Source: a bacterium (GTDB lineage Bacteria; Zhuqueibacterota; Zhuqueibacteria; Residuimicrobiales; Krinioviventaceae). From it: DNA of 64,000 bases. The notes under the pieces were generated by a model. The model was not told the origin of the DNA and did not search any database. It worked only from the letters and a program-made list of their open reading frames with translations. The DNA lies in contig CAXXMD010000002.1 in assembly GCA_963675755.2 (NCBI GenBank), positions 672,001 through 736,000 of the forward strand. Direction: 5' to 3'. The position numbers and the translations under genes were made by a program. Below, piece by piece: positions 32,843 through 43,651 of this stretch. Within the stretch, counting starts at the first letter, position 1; every line of letters begins with the position of its first letter.

Positions 32843-34003
32843 CTAGTTTAAAGCTTTAACGACTTTGGTAGCAGCATCAGATAAATCTGAAGCAGGGATT
32901 ATATCGAGTGAAGAATTTGCAAGAATATCAGCAGCAATATCAGCATTTGTACCAGCAAGTCTTACAACAAGCGGTACTTTGACACCAATTTTTTTAGCAG
33001 CATTTACAATACCGTTAGCAACACGGTCGCAACGAACAATACCACCAAATATATTTACCAATACTGCTTTTACATTCTCGTCTGAGAGAATGATCCGTAA
33101 ACCATTCTCAACAGTTTCTTCTGAAGCACCACCACCTACATCCAAAAAGTTGGCTGGTTCGGAACCAGAATATTTGATGATATCCATTGTGGCCATTGCT
33201 AAACCTGCGCCATTTACCATACATCCAACCGAACCATCAAGTTTTATGTAATTCAAATTGGATTTAGAGGCTTCAACTTCAAGGGGATTTTCTTCGGCAA
33301 TATCTCGCATTTCCAGAATATCCTTATGGCGATACAAAGCATTATCGTCAATGTTCAGTTTGCTATCAAGCGCAAGGATATCACCTTCTTTGGTCAATAC
33401 CAGTGGATTAATCTCAATCAAAGAACAATCAAAATTAATCATTGTTTGGTACAATGCACTAAAACATTGAGCAGCTTTGCGTAATACAGAACCTTCAAAG
33501 CCAAGTTTTATAGCTATTCGACGGGCTTGAAAAGGTAATAAACCCAAACCATTATCAATTGTTTCTTTAATAATTAATTCAGGTGTCTCGGCGGCTACTT
33601 TTTCAATTTCAACACCACCTTCTTTACTTGCCATAAAAACAAGTTGGTTTTTGGTACGGTCCAAAACAATTCCGGCATAAAATTCTTTTTCAATGTTTAT
33701 TGCTTTGGTAACATAAATCCTTCTTACAATTTTACCTTCTTGCCCGGTTTGAGGAGTAACCAGCTTCATTCCAAACATCTGCTCACCTTTTTCAAGAGCT
33801 TCTTCAAAAGAATGAACAACTTTGATACCTCCGGCTTTTCCTCTTCCACCGGCGTGAACCTGGGCTTTTAAAACCAGCGGCCAGGTATCTAATTTCTTTA
33901 CTGCTTCTCCAAGTTCCTGAATATTAAAGGCGACTAGTCCATCAACAACAGGTACCTGATACTTTTTTAGTAACTCAACGGCCTGGTATTCATGTATATT
34001 CAT
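32843..34003 (-). CDS. sucC: succinate--CoA ligase subunit beta
   Basis: [48 protein letters not shown]. Confidence 0.97.
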   Translation of the reverse strand: MNIHEYQAVELLKKYQVPVVDGLVAFNIQELGEAVKKLDTWPLVLKAQVHAGGRGKAGGIKVVHSFEEALEKGEQMFGMKLVTPQTGQEGKIVRRIYVTKAINIEKEFYAGIVLDRTKNQLVFMASKEGGVEIEKVAAETPELIIKETIDNGLGLLPFQARRIAIKLGFEGSVLRKAAQCFSALYQTMINFDCSLIEINPLVLTKEGDILALDSKLNIDDNALYRHKDILEMRDIAEENPLEVEASKSNLNYIKLDGSVGCMVNGAGLAMATMDIIKYSGSEPANFLDVGGGASEETVENGLRIILSDENVKAVLVNIFGGIVRCDRVANGIVNAAKKIGVKVPLVVRLAGTNADIAADILANSSLDIIPASDLSDAATKVVKALN

Positions 34004-34269
34004 GGCCCCTCCATTATGGATTCAACTCTTGCCAAAATAAAGATTTGTTGATGAAAAGTCAAGATACTTCATACGGAAATCTCAAATACGTTTGTATTTA
34101 AGACGATTTTAATTAGCATTTGTTTACGATAATTATTATTCTAATACAGATTACATTTTTTTACCTGAATTACATGCATATTTCAAAAAAAAGTGTGTTT
34201 GATATATATTTTTCGTTTATATTTGTAAAAATCAAAAATATTTGATCATCAATCAAAAGAGGCTGGGAA

Positions 34270-36084
34270 ATGAAAAAATTGTTAGCAGTTGTTCTTTTTG
34301 TAGCATTTTCGATTCAAATGGGTTTTGCTAGTGATGATATTCAAAATTATGCAAAATCTCGAAGCAATGATTTACGTTTAGGAGTGTATATCACAGCACA
34401 CAGTGTTAGAGATCATCTTTCTACGGATATGGGTAGACGTGAAGCACTATCTCTTGTTCAATCATTGGGTATGAGTAAAGTTTTTGTGGAATTTTATCGG
34501 GGTGGTTTAGTGATTGATTCTCAATTATTAAAAGATGTTAACCAGTTCTTTACTGACAATGATATTGATGTTATTGGAGGTGTTGCAACAGTACCTGGTG
34601 AAAACTTTGGTGTACACCAGGAAGGCCCGCTCGGTTGGTTTAACTGGCAAAATGAAAAAACCCAAACTGATTTGTTGGGTGTAATGCAAATGGCAGCTCA
34701 TGTATTCGATAAAATCATTATTGACGATTTTGTATGTTCCTCTGATACAAGCAAAGAATCCAAAGCAGCTAAAAAAGATCTTTCCTGGTCAGAATATCGC
34801 CGTAATTTATTGGTTGATATTGCATCGAATATCTTTCTTAAAGAAGTACATAAAATCAATCCTGACTGTGAAGTTACAATAAAATTTCCACAATGGTACG
34901 ACAGATTTCATCTCTTTGGTTATGACATTCCCAGACAATCTGCTCAATTTGATAATGTATGGGTAGGAACTGAAACACGTGGCGCACGCACACAGAGGTA
35001 TGGTTTTGTACAACCCTATGAAGGCTATGTCAATTATCGATGGATTAACTCTATTGCCGGCAAAGTATCCGGAGCATGGTTTGATCATGGTGATTGTCAG
35101 CCATTAGATTTCATAGATCAGGCGTATCAAAGTGTATTAGCCGGAGCGAATGAAATAACAATGTTTCATTATGGTGATTTTTTATGGGGTCACGGAGGCC
35201 ATCATTATTTGCGCTCTGAATTCGATAAACTTGCTGATCTGGCTGCAAAAGTTACTGGTGATGAAGAAACAGTTATTTATGGATACAAGCCTGCAAACAG
35301 CGATGCCGGTGGTGATCTTTATATCATGGATTTTATTGGAATGCTTGGAATCCCTCTGGTTCCTGCTTCTGAATGGCCTGAACAGGCTGAAATACTCTTT
35401 ATACCAACTCAGGCTGCTAAAGATAAAGACATTGAATCCCGTGTTTTTCAAGCTGTTAAAAAACAAAAAACTGTAATTATGACAACAGGATTCTTGTCAG
35501 TAATGAACAGTAAAAAATTAAATCAACTTGCAGGATTTGAACATCCGGTCAAAAGTAATCCTGTCCGGGCGGAATTCATTACATTCAATGATGTTCCGCA
35601 AATAGTTCAGGAAGGTTTATTGTTAGAAAGTGATGCTGCCACAAAGGATGCAAAAGCTATAATTACAGCAAACTATAAAAATGAAACCATCCCTTTTTTC
35701 ACACAAAATCAGAACAATATATTTGTGCTTAATAGTCATACCTTTTCACAGGCAGATTTTGATGCTGTTGGAGAAGTGTTGTTGTGCCCCCGCGATTTAG
35801 GTCTATTGTATCTTCCACCCAATGCTATAAGCTCTTTGCGAAATTCTATCATTGGAAAATTGGGAATGGAAATGCAAGCTCCTACCCGCGTTACCTTGCA
35901 ACCAGTCGGCAAAAGTGGTTGGTTTTTGCAAAATTATAACGAAGAACCTGTAATTATTAAACTGAAAATTGAAAATAAATCTGATTCATTTAAAAATGTT
36001 TTCACTGGTGAAAATATAGCGATTAATAAAGACGGATTTGCAACTATAATCATTCCCAAACGATCCAGGATTTGGGTGCAATAA
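34270..36084 (+). CDS. secreted hypothetical protein, possible glycoside-hydrolase-like TIM barrel
   Basis: Signal peptide; IIIDDF, IKFPQWYD, WVGTETR, GAWFD motifs; family uncertain. Confidence 0.6.
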   Translation: MKKLLAVVLFVAFSIQMGFASDDIQNYAKSRSNDLRLGVYITAHSVRDHLSTDMGRREALSLVQSLGMSKVFVEFYRGGLVIDSQLLKDVNQFFTDNDIDVIGGVATVPGENFGVHQEGPLGWFNWQNEKTQTDLLGVMQMAAHVFDKIIIDDFVCSSDTSKESKAAKKDLSWSEYRRNLLVDIASNIFLKEVHKINPDCEVTIKFPQWYDRFHLFGYDIPRQSAQFDNVWVGTETRGARTQRYGFVQPYEGYVNYRWINSIAGKVSGAWFDHGDCQPLDFIDQAYQSVLAGANEITMFHYGDFLWGHGGHHYLRSEFDKLADLAAKVTGDEETVIYGYKPANSDAGGDLYIMDFIGMLGIPLVPASEWPEQAEILFIPTQAAKDKDIESRVFQAVKKQKTVIMTTGFLSVMNSKKLNQLAGFEHPVKSNPVRAEFITFNDVPQIVQEGLLLESDAATKDAKAIITANYKNETIPFFTQNQNNIFVLNSHTFSQADFDAVGEVLLCPRDLGLLYLPPNAISSLRNSIIGKLGMEMQAPTRVTLQPVGKSGWFLQNYNEEPVIIKLKIENKSDSFKNVFTGENIAINKDGFATIIIPKRSRIWVQ

Positions 36085-36116
36085 AATTCAATAATTTTCA
36101 AAAATAAAAAAATAGT

Positions 36117-36167
36117 TGGTTGATAAATCAACTATTTTTTTTGTATATTTAGTTGACTACTCAACTA
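36117..36167. promoter_or_regulatory. two MarR-type palindromic operators
   Basis: TGGTTGA-N4-TCAACTA (36117-36134) and TAGTTGA-N4-TCAACTA (36150-36167) upstream of the MATE-marR operon. Confidence 0.7.
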
Positions 36168-36191
36168 ATAGATATGTGTGAAAGGTTTTAG

Positions 36192-37547
36192 ATGAAAGAT
36201 ATTAATATTTTAAAGGACGACAATATTGGCAGATCACTATTCAAGCTGTCTCTTCCGGCGATGATAGGTATGCTGGTAATGTCAATGTATAATGTTGTAG
36301 ATGCAATTTTTATTGGTAAAGGTGTTGGCACAATGGGTATAGCCGCAGTAGCCATCTCTTTTCCTATTCAGATGATTGTGGGTGCTATTGGTCAAATGCT
36401 GGGTATTGGTGGCGCCTCTCTCCTTTCCAGATCTTTGGGCGCACAGGATTATGATACTTCAAACCGAATTCTAGGAAATGTTATAATTTCAACAGTACTT
36501 TTTTCGCTTGTAATTACAATTATTGGTTTTCTTTTTATAGACCAGGTTCTTGTATTTTTCGGATCTTCCCAAACTATTTTACCACATGCAAAAGAATATT
36601 TTGTGTATATAGTACCCGGGATTTTGTTTCATAGCATGGCTATGGCCTTAAATAACCTGATCCGTGCAGAAGGCAAAGCCAAAGTTGCCATGTTTACAAT
36701 GATTATATCTGCAGTAATGAATATAATTCTAGATGCTCTCTTTATTTTCAAATTCAAGATGGGTATTAGTGGTGCTGCAATTGCCACGCTTATTGCTTAT
36801 ATTTCTGGCGCTGTTTATTTGATCCTTTATTACCTTTCTGGCAAATCTATTTTAAATGTAAAATTATCATATTTAAAATTCAATTTACGTATTAACAAAG
36901 AAATATACGCAATTGGTATAGCCGTTTTTGCCAGGCAAGCTGCAATGAGTGTTTTAGTAATTATTTTAAATAATTTACTAGGATACCTGGGTGGTGATAT
37001 TGCAATTGCTGTTTATGGTATTGTTATGCGTATTCTCATGGTTATGATGACACCAATAATCGGCTTGGCTCAGGGACTACAACCTATTGCTGGTTATAAT
37101 TTTGGAGCTCAAAATTATCTTAAAACCAAAGAATCTGTCAAACTGGCCGTCATTGTATCATCACTTTTATCAATTTCAGCTACATTTGTTATTATGGTCT
37201 TTCCCGTTGTGTTGCTTAAATTATTTACAAATGACGTTACATTGATTGAACAAGGTAAAACAGCTTTACGATTCATGGTTCTTGCATTTCCTGTTGTAGG
37301 ATTTCAAATTGTAGGTTCCACATTGTACCAGGCTATTGGAAAAGCATTTGAGAATTTAATACTTACTCTTTCCAGGCAAGTTTTATTTCTTATACCTCTT
37401 GTTTTCATTTTTTCTCATTACTTTAAACTTGTTGGCGTTTGGTTATCATTTCCGGTAGCTGATATATTATCTTTTTTCTTAACCTTGATATTTCTCATAT
37501 CACTAAACAAGCAATATAACCATAAAATTAAAATGTCTGAGGTTTAA
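36192..37547 (+). CDS. MATE family efflux transporter (MepA-like)
   Basis: LSLPAMIGM, YNVVD, NIILDALFI, GAAIAT, QPIAGYNFGA, GVWLSFP; about 12 TM segments. Confidence 0.92.
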   Translation: MKDINILKDDNIGRSLFKLSLPAMIGMLVMSMYNVVDAIFIGKGVGTMGIAAVAISFPIQMIVGAIGQMLGIGGASLLSRSLGAQDYDTSNRILGNVIISTVLFSLVITIIGFLFIDQVLVFFGSSQTILPHAKEYFVYIVPGILFHSMAMALNNLIRAEGKAKVAMFTMIISAVMNIILDALFIFKFKMGISGAAIATLIAYISGAVYLILYYLSGKSILNVKLSYLKFNLRINKEIYAIGIAVFARQAAMSVLVIILNNLLGYLGGDIAIAVYGIVMRILMVMMTPIIGLAQGLQPIAGYNFGAQNYLKTKESVKLAVIVSSLLSISATFVIMVFPVVLLKLFTNDVTLIEQGKTALRFMVLAFPVVGFQIVGSTLYQAIGKAFENLILTLSRQVLFLIPLVFIFSHYFKLVGVWLSFPVADILSFFLTLIFLISLNKQYNHKIKMSEV

Positions 37548-37549
37548 TA

Positions 37550-38009
37550 ATGCATCATCATGACAGTATTGGCAAAATGTTGGGATTTTTGCATAGAAGC
37601 GCACAAAAATATTTTAATCATCAACTATCAAAATTTGACCTCGGTAGTGGTGCTTATATGTTTTTGATCTATCTTTTTCACAATGATGGTGCAACTCAAA
37701 ACGAAACCAGTTCACATCTGGATGTAGACAAATCACATGCAACACGTATTTTTCATAATCTTGAAAAGCTGGGTTATGTTACCCGAAAAACATGACATAC
37801 ATGATAAGCGTGTATACCGTGTTTATCTTACTGAAAAAGCAATTTCAATCAGAGCTGATATTAAAGAGATTATGCAATCCTGGTCTGAGATTATAACCAA
37901 AGATTTTAATGATTCTGAAAAAGAGCAAGTAAAGAATTTATTATGGAAAATGTCAAAAAATGTAACAGACATGAATGATAAACAACACAAACTATGTCAA
38001 AATAGTTGA
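37550..38009 (+). CDS. MarR family regulator, one +1 frameshift in an A-run (probable sequencing error)
   Basis: GATQNE..VDKSHATR..LEKLGYVTR joins HDIHDKRVYRVYLTEK if one A of 37786-37790 is removed. Confidence 0.85.
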
Positions 38010-38054
38010 CTATTAACATTAAGGTTTTATATTATAAAAAAACGAGAGGATGAT

Positions 38055-38414
38055 ATGGATTTAAAAGATTTTCAAAAAATGGCAATCAAGATTGATCCCC
38101 CCAAAAAGACCCAGGCTGACAATGCAGTTGAAGAAATTGAAAAATATATACTCGCTGTTAAATCTCAATTAACAGATAATCAGGATCTGGCAGTTCTTGT
38201 ACCCTTGAAAAATGGAGAGACAGTACAGGTCCTTTCTTTTGCTTCAGAAGATGCAAATATGATTTTTATCAATGGATTTAACGATTTAGAACCTGTTTTT
38301 TTGCTGGTCCACCTATATGATTTCCAAATTATGATTAAAATTATTGAAAATCCTCAAGAAGAAGATAAACATATCGGTTTTGAATTTTCAAACAAGACTA
38401 TTGAAAATTCTTGA
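38055..38414 (+). CDS. hypothetical protein (DUF6173-like by recollection)
   Basis: GAGGA SD, TTGACT..TATATT promoter-like sequence upstream; C-terminal LLVH...IGF pattern. Confidence 0.55.
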   Translation: MDLKDFQKMAIKIDPPKKTQADNAVEEIEKYILAVKSQLTDNQDLAVLVPLKNGETVQVLSFASEDANMIFINGFNDLEPVFLLVHLYDFQIMIKIIENPQEEDKHIGFEFSNKTIENS

Positions 38415-38479
38415 TAAATAATTAAAAATACTTTCCTACCCCAATTAATATCATTTTGATACACTTTTCCTTCCATAAA

Positions 38480-38493
38480 CGCAAACGTTTGCG
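38480..38493. promoter_or_regulatory. LacI-family-type operator O1
   Basis: Perfect 14-bp palindrome CGCAAACGTTTGCG with AAACGTTT core. Confidence 0.7.
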
Positions 38494-38584
38494 CAGTTAA
38501 TTTTTTCTAAAAAAAGTAACTTATTAATAATCAACAAAACGATAAAAAAAAATACCTAATGACACCCTATAAAAATAATTTATC

Positions 38585-38613
38585 TTGACAAAGAATGAAA
38601 ATTACATTATTTT
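38585..38613 (+). promoter_or_regulatory. candidate sigma70 promoter
   Basis: TTGACA-17 bp-TATTTT lying between the two operators. Confidence 0.5.
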
Positions 38614-38700
38614 ACTTTTATAAAAATAAAAATTTTTAAAGTAATGGTGTTAATTTTTTCTATGTATAAAATTATTTAAAAATTTTTTTTCATTAGTCAG

Positions 38701-38712
38701 GCAAACGTTTGC
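38701..38712. promoter_or_regulatory. LacI-family-type operator O2
   Basis: Perfect 12-bp palindrome GCAAACGTTTGC, 220 bp from O1. Confidence 0.7.
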
Positions 38713-39021
38713 TTTACAAATTGAATGTTTAATTTAATAATTGAATATATACTTTTACAGGTTTAATATTTATGTTTAACAAATCTCAGATATGTTTCCA
38801 ATCTTTAATCTCCGTTGTTGACGTAATGTTGGCAGGTAAATTGAATGTAATTGTTTTGTATTATTTAAATAAGATTTAACCTAAAAATTAAAAATCCATA
38901 ATATTATTCAAGTCTTAGTCATTTATATTTCTGATATAGAGAAACAAGTTTAATTCATACATATTGACGATACCGATCGAATTACACAAGTTGTATTTAG
39001 AAGCGCAGCAGGAGAAGTATA

Positions 39022-40388
39022 ATGAAAAAGCAGCACATAATAACAATTATATTTTATTTACTCGTATTTCCGATATGGGTCTTTCCATCATCCCCACAAA
39101 AAAGCACAAATACACCTATATACTTTTTTGATACAAATATATTTCAGGATTCAAGTGAATTTGCAAGAATTGAAACATACTATTCTGTAGCCTTACCCCA
39201 ACTAAAATTTAAAGAAACTGACAATGGATATCTGTCAAACTTTTCTGCAAAATTAATAGTATTTTCAGAAAAAATGGATACAGTTCAAGTAAAAGTTTAA
39301 AAGGCACAGGCAACTATCGAAAAAGATGAGAATAACATAACTAATCCTGAAAAAGGAACTAGTTGATCAAATCTATTACAACCTTGAACCTGGTGATTAT
39401 TTTGTTAAATTTTCAATAACTGATGACAATTCAAAGAAAACAAGCGTTATTTGGGGATTCATTAACAGTTTCACCTGTACCTAATAAACTGTCTATTAGT
39501 GATATACAATTGGCTTCTTTGATTTCAGCTGAATCTAAACACCCCAATTATACCAAAGCTAATAAAACTGTAATACCAAATCCCTCCCGTCGATATCAAT
39601 ATCACAATTCATTATTATATCTGTATTATGAAATTTATACACCTCGAAACAAGCAATGACAGCTCTAAAAAATACTTTTGAAACTCAATATATTATCACA
39701 AACGCTTATAACGATACTTTAATAATTACAAATCCTTCAAAAAGTATTAAACAAGCTGAATCTTTAATAAAAGTTCAGGCAATTGATATTTCTGGTCTGG
39801 AAAGTGGTGATCATCATTTATTTATCAATGTTAAAGATTTGGCAAAACAATGAATTATCAACTGTTTCAAATCAATTTACTGTTTCCAATCCCCCACTGC
39901 CCTGAAACAAATATTCCATTAACAGAAAAAGATCTTAAAAATTATAGAGATCAAATAAAAATATATTGCAACTCATGAAGAGTTGAAAATTTTTGATTCA
40001 TTACCAATAAAAAAATAAAGGTACATTTTTAATTAATTTCTGGAAAAGCAGAGATTATGATTTATCTACTCCTGAAAATGAATTTATGATGGATTGTTTT
40101 GCAAGGATCAATTACGCAAACAAACATTTTAATAGCAATACAAATGGATTAAATTCTGACATGGGCAGGATTTTCATTGTATACGGTCAACCTGATGATA
40201 TAGATCGTCATCATATGGAAATTGATGAAAAACCTTATGAAATCTGGAGTTATTATGTTGGCGGCCAAAATCATAAATTTGTTTTTGTAGATCGAAATAA
40301 TGAAAATATATATTCATTGGTACACTCTACATTGCCTGAAGAAATAACCAATGAAGAATGGTATGAAAGAGAAGTTGAAGGCCAATAA
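39022..40388 (+). pseudogene. GWxTD domain-containing protein, broken by many frameshifts (pseudogene or error-rich consensus)
   Basis: Fragments give a signal peptide, LEPGDY, LSISDIQLA, IPNPSRRY, LYLYYEIY, FWKSRD..TPENE, ARINYAN..F and GLNSDMGRIFIVYGQPD, YEIWSY, FVFVD. Confidence 0.75.
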
Positions 40389-40530
40389 AATTAAAATCCG
40401 TAATTTAAAACAATAATATTAGGAGGTGATGAAAGGAACCAAAAATTTTAATTAGTAACGGGAATAAGGGTTAATTAAATTCTTATACCCTTTCCCAAAT
40501 AACACTTAACATAATAAAATGGAGATTGCA

Positions 40531-43500
40531 ATGGCGAGTTACAAGTGGTTTAAACTACGGGTATTACTGCTGACATTTAGTTTGTTAGTATGTTTTACTG
40601 TTGAGAAAACACTTGCTGGAACTACTGGCAAAATTGCAGGGAAAATTTTCGACAGCAAGACTAATGAAAGTCTCCCGGGCGCCAATATTACCATTGTAGG
40701 AACAACGATGGGTGCATCATCAGATGTTGATGGTAACTATTTTATCCTGAATGTTCCTCCAGGCACATATTCGGTGCGCGGTTCAATGATGGGTTATGGG
40801 CCTGTTGTACAACAAGAGGTCCGGGTTAATACTGACAGAACCACACTGTTGGATTTTGGCTTATCCTCAGCAGTGTTGGATTTAGGAGAAGAAGTTGTCA
40901 TTACATCCACCAGACCTCTTGTAGAGCAAGATGTCGTATCAAGTCAGGTAATTGCAACTGTCGAACAAACAGAAATGCTGCCTGTTTCTAACATCATGGA
41001 TGCTATTAGCCTTGAACCCGGTATTGAGGTAAATAGTTCCGAAATGAAAATCGAAATTCGTGGTGGTGGAAGCGATGAAATCAGCTTTCAGGTTGATGGT
41101 ATGGAACGTAATGATAAACTGAACAATAAAGTTTTTGCAGAAACAAACTCTGCTTCAGTATCTGAAGTTCAAATTCTCACCGGTGGTTTTAACGCTGAAT
41201 ATGGTAATATTCGTTCAGGTCTGTTTAACGTTATCACCAAAGAAGGTGGAAAAACAGTTTCAGGTTCTTTTGATTATCGTACATCTCCAGGACATCAGAA
41301 ACATTTTGGTCCCAGTGCATACGGCGATGACCAATATGATAATCAACTTTATGGTGGCAGTGATTCTTTTGAACCCGTTTTTGATGTTGAAGGCGGACAA
41401 TTGTTTGCAGGTTGGAATGCTATTGCTGAAACCAAAAATGCTGAATCATGGATGGGTAAAAGTGACTGGACTCCTCAACAATTGCAGGAAGTTTGGAAAT
41501 GGACCACCCGTGGTGTTGATTACGGTGACAAAGCAGATCATTACATTGATGCTGGTCTTGGTGGCCCTGTTCCCGGTTTGGACAAATTGGGTCTCAAAGA
41601 TGCGGGTTTCTTTTTAGGATACAAATATACACGTCAATATCCTATCTTGCCTTCCGTAAGTGAATATTATGATTCTGATATTAAAGAAGCAAAATTTTCA
41701 TTCAAACCTATGGACAACATTAAAGTTGTTTTGAACGGTTTGTACGGTGAGACAATGACATCAACCAATGGTAATGACTGGGATGATGATCAGTGGACAT
41801 TTAACTATGGAAACAATGTTTCTGAAATTGAATCAGGCACTGATCTTTTTTCAAATTACAAATATTATCTTGGATCACAAGATATGCTTTATGCAACAAC
41901 CAAACAAATTGGCTTCAAGTTGATTCATACAATCAATCCTTCAACTTATTATGAAGTAAAATATAATTATTTTACTACAGAATCTGAAGCTGGACACGGT
42001 ACTGAAAGAAATCTTGCAGCCGTAAAAACTATCGGCGGTGTAGCTTTTGATGAAGGTCCGGTAGGTTGGATTGATGAAACTGCATCATTAACAGATTTGA
42101 CCGGTAACTGGAGTCTGTCTGGTGGTGGTTTGGTTTCTGATACTTCTTCTTATGCAACTCATAAATTTAATATCGATTTTACCAGTCAGGTAAACCAAAA
42201 TAACCTGGTAAAAGCCGGTTTTGAATTTGCACAGGACCATATTATCAAAGATTTTAAGAAACAAGGTACAATTAATGTAAACAATTACAGTACTTTTAAT
42301 TTTGACAGAAAACCTTCTCATTATTCTGGTTACATTCAGGATAAAATTGAGTATGGTGGTATGATTGTTAATGCCGGTATCCGTATTGATCATTATGCAG
42401 CAAACGGATATATCTATGATCCTACGAACATCTATTCTCTGTTATGGGCACGTGGCGGTACAGCTGGTTACGCAACAATGGATGATCTTCCTAAAGAAGC
42501 AAGTGAAGCTCATACTTATCTGAGCCCAAGACTTGGTTTTTCACATCCGGTTCGTAAACATACCAAATTTTTCTTCAACTATGGTATTTTCTACTCTGAA
42601 CCAACCAACACTGACCGTTATGGTATGTTCTCCGAAAGCATGCCTTTTGGCGATCCTCAAGGTGATATCAGAAGATTGGGTTATGCTAATCTTGAAGCTC
42701 CAAGAACTTCTGCTTACGAAATTGGTTTTGAACAAAGTATTGCAGATGATTATCTGATTCGTGCAAACTTTTATTCAAAAGACAATACTGAAATGATTGG
42801 TAAACTTCGTGTTGACGGCCAGGGTGGCTCTGCCTCTGTTGGTGACTTTGTAAACGGTGTTTCTGCCGGTGTTGCAGGTTACGATACACGACGCAACAAT
42901 ATTTACCAGGATATTCGCGGTATTGAAATGAAAATCAGCAAACTGCGTGGTCGCTTTTTCACCGGTTGGTTGAATATGGATTACCGTATTAAAACTCAAG
43001 GTAATTATGGTTTACTCTTCTTTGAACCAGGATCCACTTGTTGGTTACTATGTATACAGTGCAACCAAACTTGCAGCCACAATCTGAACCTGGTTTCATT
43101 GGTAACTTTTCTTTCCATACACCAATGGATTGGGGGTACATTGAAAGGCAATTGGAGATTAAGTTTTATTCAACGTTGGGACAAGGGTTCAAAATACATC
43201 TACAATCCTGATAATCTCCCAGCTCGTGAAGTAAGAACCATTTATTATTGGTTAGATTCTTACTATACATCATTAAGACTTAGTAAATCTTTCACCGTGT
43301 ATAAAAACCTTTCTGCCCGCTTATATATGGATGTAAACAACTTGTTCAATTACAAAAAGCTGAACCTCAACGTTTTGGCTGATAATGAAAAAAGAACAAT
43401 ACTTTACACAATATATTGATCAAGATAACGGTCTTGGAAAAGACATTGGTGAATATGAAGATGATAACGGCAATGATGTATTTACAGAAGAATGGGTTGA

Positions 43501-43600
43501 TTCAAATGGTACTACCCGTGCTCCTATTGCACCGGGTAAAGATTATGCATTATTCTATAATCCACGTTCATTCCTGTTCGGTGTAAAGTTTGAATTTTAA
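40531..43600 (+). CDS. TonB-dependent receptor with N-terminal carboxypeptidase-regulatory-like domain; 3' frameshifts
   Basis: GTTGKIAG..LPGANI..YFILNVPPGTY, IRGG, GGFNAEYGN, YIQDKIEY, SPRLGFSHP; terminal fragment ends PRSFLFGVKFEF (OMP C-terminal Phe). Confidence 0.9.
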
Positions 43601-43651
43601 GTTGAAATTCAATTGCTTTTATCTTGAAAAAGAAAAAAAAGGAAACCACAA

